A stretch of 63,162 bases of DNA, counting the filler, from Neolecta irregularis DAH-3 (lineage: Eukaryota): NCBI GenBank assembly GCA_001929475.1. It is 5 parts of 5 records of this genome, joined end to end, with 100 filler letters (N's around TTAATTAATTAA, not from the genome) between each part and the next. Parts side by side here need not be neighbours in the genome. Positions count along the whole stretch, not along the records: positions 56,616 to 63,162 come from LXFE01000404.1; 4 more parts are not named here. One strand, 5' to 3'. The translations under genes were made by a program, and so were the position numbers. The notes under the pieces were generated by a model. It was not told the DNA's origin and searched no databases. It saw only the letters and a program-made list of their open reading frames with translations. Positions within the stretch are counted from its first letter, which is position 1. Each line of letters opens with the position of its first letter. Shown here piece by piece: positions 60,844-63,162 of the stretch.

Positions 60844-63162
60844 ATGAGTGCAATCGACGAGTTTGAAAAATTGCTTCAAGCGCTTTCCGCTTCCAAGAAT
60901 GGAATTTCAGCGTCGAAAATAAGCAGTATTAATGCGCTTGCTATTTCAAATGTTCAGGTCTGTATTCCTTTGCAGGGCTATGGTTATTATTCTTATCGGG
61001 ACCTGGAAACCATAGGCAAGGTTGACAGTATCCCATTCATGAGCCGATCTACCTACCTATTCTTTTAGCGGGTAGTAGTTTAGCTAACTCTTTGTAGGAA
61101 AGTTCGCGATTCGTAACCCTACTTTTCAAGCATTTCAAGAAAACTCCTGGCCCATTAAAATTGGGTGTCCTTTATGTTGTAGACTCGATATCTCGTGCTT
61201 ATTATGACCAAGCACGAAAAACCGGTCAGCCTTTGGATTCTACCGATGAGGGTACTTTTAGCGGAGGTCTCAGTAGGATTACAGCCGTAATCGAGAGTTT
61301 AATGAACGATGTAATTCTACACGCTCCTGAAGATCACAAGGTATGCCTGATTTTTTGACTCGAGTATCCGGGAGCATGAAGATTATGCGCGCTAGTTTCG
61401 AAAAGCAAAACATTTCCAAAACGACGTATATATCGATTGCTCCCGGTCCAAACATTCCCCGTCCTCTTATAAGCCCAGGAATTTTTGCTGACGGGGTTTC
61501 TTCTGTTATTTAGGACAAAGTAAAGAAATTATTAGATATCTGGGAAAAGGCCGGCACGTTTCCTCAAGATATAATGAACTCAATCCGCACGAAACATTTT
61601 TCTTCAGCTCCACTGGATTCCCCCGTTAGGACCAAACAAGGTTCGTCCGTTGAGCTCTATACCGAAGCACGGTTTGACCAAGTTGTGTAGTTCCATCGCA
61701 AGCAAATTCAGCATCAAATTGGACTTCAAATACTCAGCCTACAGCGCCGGCCAATACTGGTGCTATATTACAAGCGCTCGCAGCGTTGGCAAAGCAAAAA
61801 AATCAAACATCGGCAACAAATGTCACGCAGCCACTCCCCAATACGAATCAGTCTTTACTCTCCAATAACCAGTCGTCACTCTCGAATCAGTCTTTACTCT
61901 CCAATAATCAGTCGTCACTCTCGAATCAGTCTTCACTCCCCAGTAATCAATATTCACTTCCCAAAACGAATCAATCTTCACTCTCTAATACGAATCAATC
62001 TTCGCTGCAACAGCCGCAGAGGTTGCCGATCGTTGCACCACAGGTCCCTTTGACACTCGTTCAATCTGGTATATTGCCAGCGGCAATGTAAGTGCATGCC
62101 GGGTCCTATTTTCACATGTTGTAGTCCAAACCCTATGTCTGAGAATGCGACGCCATTTGCCCAACAGCAGGCTCTGCTTGCCCAGCTGCTTTTGTCGCAG
62201 GGGGTTGCTATAGACCAGATACAAGCCATTTTGTTGGCGAACTTGACACAGAATCAACGAGTGCAACCACCCATAAGCGACCGCGCGGGCGTTCCAGTTT
62301 TCTCGAGTGCAAAGCAACGCTCGGCTTCGCGTTCTCCTTCTCAAAACAAGTCCTACTCTCGGTCGAGGTCGAGATCCCGGACTCCGCCGGGGCGAAGGCA
62401 TTCCCCCAGCCGTAAGCGCAGACGCTCGCCGTCGTATGATGAATACCGCGGCCGGAGTCGCAGCCGGTCCCCGAGACGAAGGTCGAAAACGAGAACCCGG
62501 TCACCGAGCCGGTCTCCTAGCCCTCGGGGTCGAGCCCGAAGCCGGACGCCGCCTCGGCGCCGGGCCAGTGACAGACGTACGTCCAACGCTGTGCAGGCTA
62601 ATGCACCCGTGGCGGACAACAGCAAGGCTGTGGTGGCGCATCTGTTTGAGATGGACGCGAGCCTGGGCGCGGGAAACATCAAAGGTACCAACCCGCGCGG
62701 CGGGGCAGGCTGACGGGCAGTGCACAGCCGGACGCTGTTCATTGGCGGAGTGTCCTACACGTATGTGCGGCCGGGCGGCGGCTGACTCAGGCGGGCAGGG
62801 ACACGCAGCAGAGCATGGAGGCGCTGTTTGGCCGCTACGGCGCGGTGCAGAGCTGTGTGATCAACCACGACAAGCGCCACGCCTTCATCAAGATGCTGCG
62901 CCGCGAGGACGCCGTTGCGGCGAAGCACGGCCTGGACGGGCTCGCGTCGAGCGTCTCGCTGCGGGTGTGTTTCTGCGCCGCGATCCCTACCCCTAACCCC
63001 TCAGACCCGCTGGGGCGTCGGCTTTGGGCCGCGCGACTGCAGCGACTTTTCGACGGGGACGAGCGTGATTGCCATCTCGCGGCTGACCGACGCAGACCGC
63101 AAATGGCTGGTCACGGCGGAGCACGGCGGCACCGGCGGGCGGCCGCTGGTCGGCGGAATCGT
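60844..63162 (+). CDS. NRD1: Nrd1/Seb1 RNA-binding termination factor (CID, RS-rich, RRM); runs off the window
   Basis: CID KLGVLYVVDSISR and KLLDIWEK; RS tract; RRM SRTLFIGGV..KRHAFIKM; TRWGVGFGPRDCSD. Confidence 0.95.
61843..62005 (+). repeat. Coding tandem repeat (NQSLLSNNQSSLS-type) in the Nrd1 linker
   Basis: 39-bp unit CGAATCAGTCTTTACTCTCCAATAAYCAGTCGTCACTCT x2 plus degenerate 21-bp units. Confidence 0.85.

Noticed and set aside
60967-61090. H/ACA snoRNA in NRD1 intron 1
   Set aside because: An H-box-like ACAGTA lies between the two hairpins, but no terminal ACA follows the second; kept only as a structured intron.
61341-61513. TPP riboswitch
   Set aside because: Lacks the conserved GCUGAGA and CCUGAU core motifs.

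Overview
Gene-dense fungal nuclear DNA, most likely Taphrinomycotina and Neolecta-like (inferred from gene content, very short introns and spacing; not verified). It consists of five contigs joined by artificial 100-bp N/TTAATTAATTAA linkers. About 30 housekeeping genes are recognisable: TSC1, MRP20, POL32/cdc27, DIB1, LIA1, RPA12, a GH125 enzyme, ERG8, a PPR protein, PDX3, a G-patch protein, a J-protein, FIG4, a divergent histone H4, TTI2, CCA1, PYM1, QCR9, an FLC/TRP channel, RFC5, an Ark1/Prk1 kinase, nitronate monooxygenase, STM1, PAL1, an acyl-CoA synthetase, GRR1, MOT1, H2A.Z, LTA4 hydrolase and Nrd1/Seb1. Decayed mobile DNA is interspersed: Ty3/gypsy RT, a chromoviral integrase tail, hAT, a pogo-like end, a candidate solo LTR and GC-rich repeats. 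The most notable signals are: (1) a sharp GC peak where plus-strand composition flips from G/T-rich to C/A-rich inside MOT1, with similar half-patterns elsewhere, suggesting a long-lived DSB hotspot or replication origin; (2) 32-45 nt introns with very degenerate donors, four GC-AG introns and one apparent GT-GG intron; (3) two much longer, structured introns in NRD1/seb1; (4) a stop-free frame of about 1057 codons around a LINE-ORF1/Gag-like core; (5) an H4 variant. Exon boundaries were derived by eye and no database searches were run.
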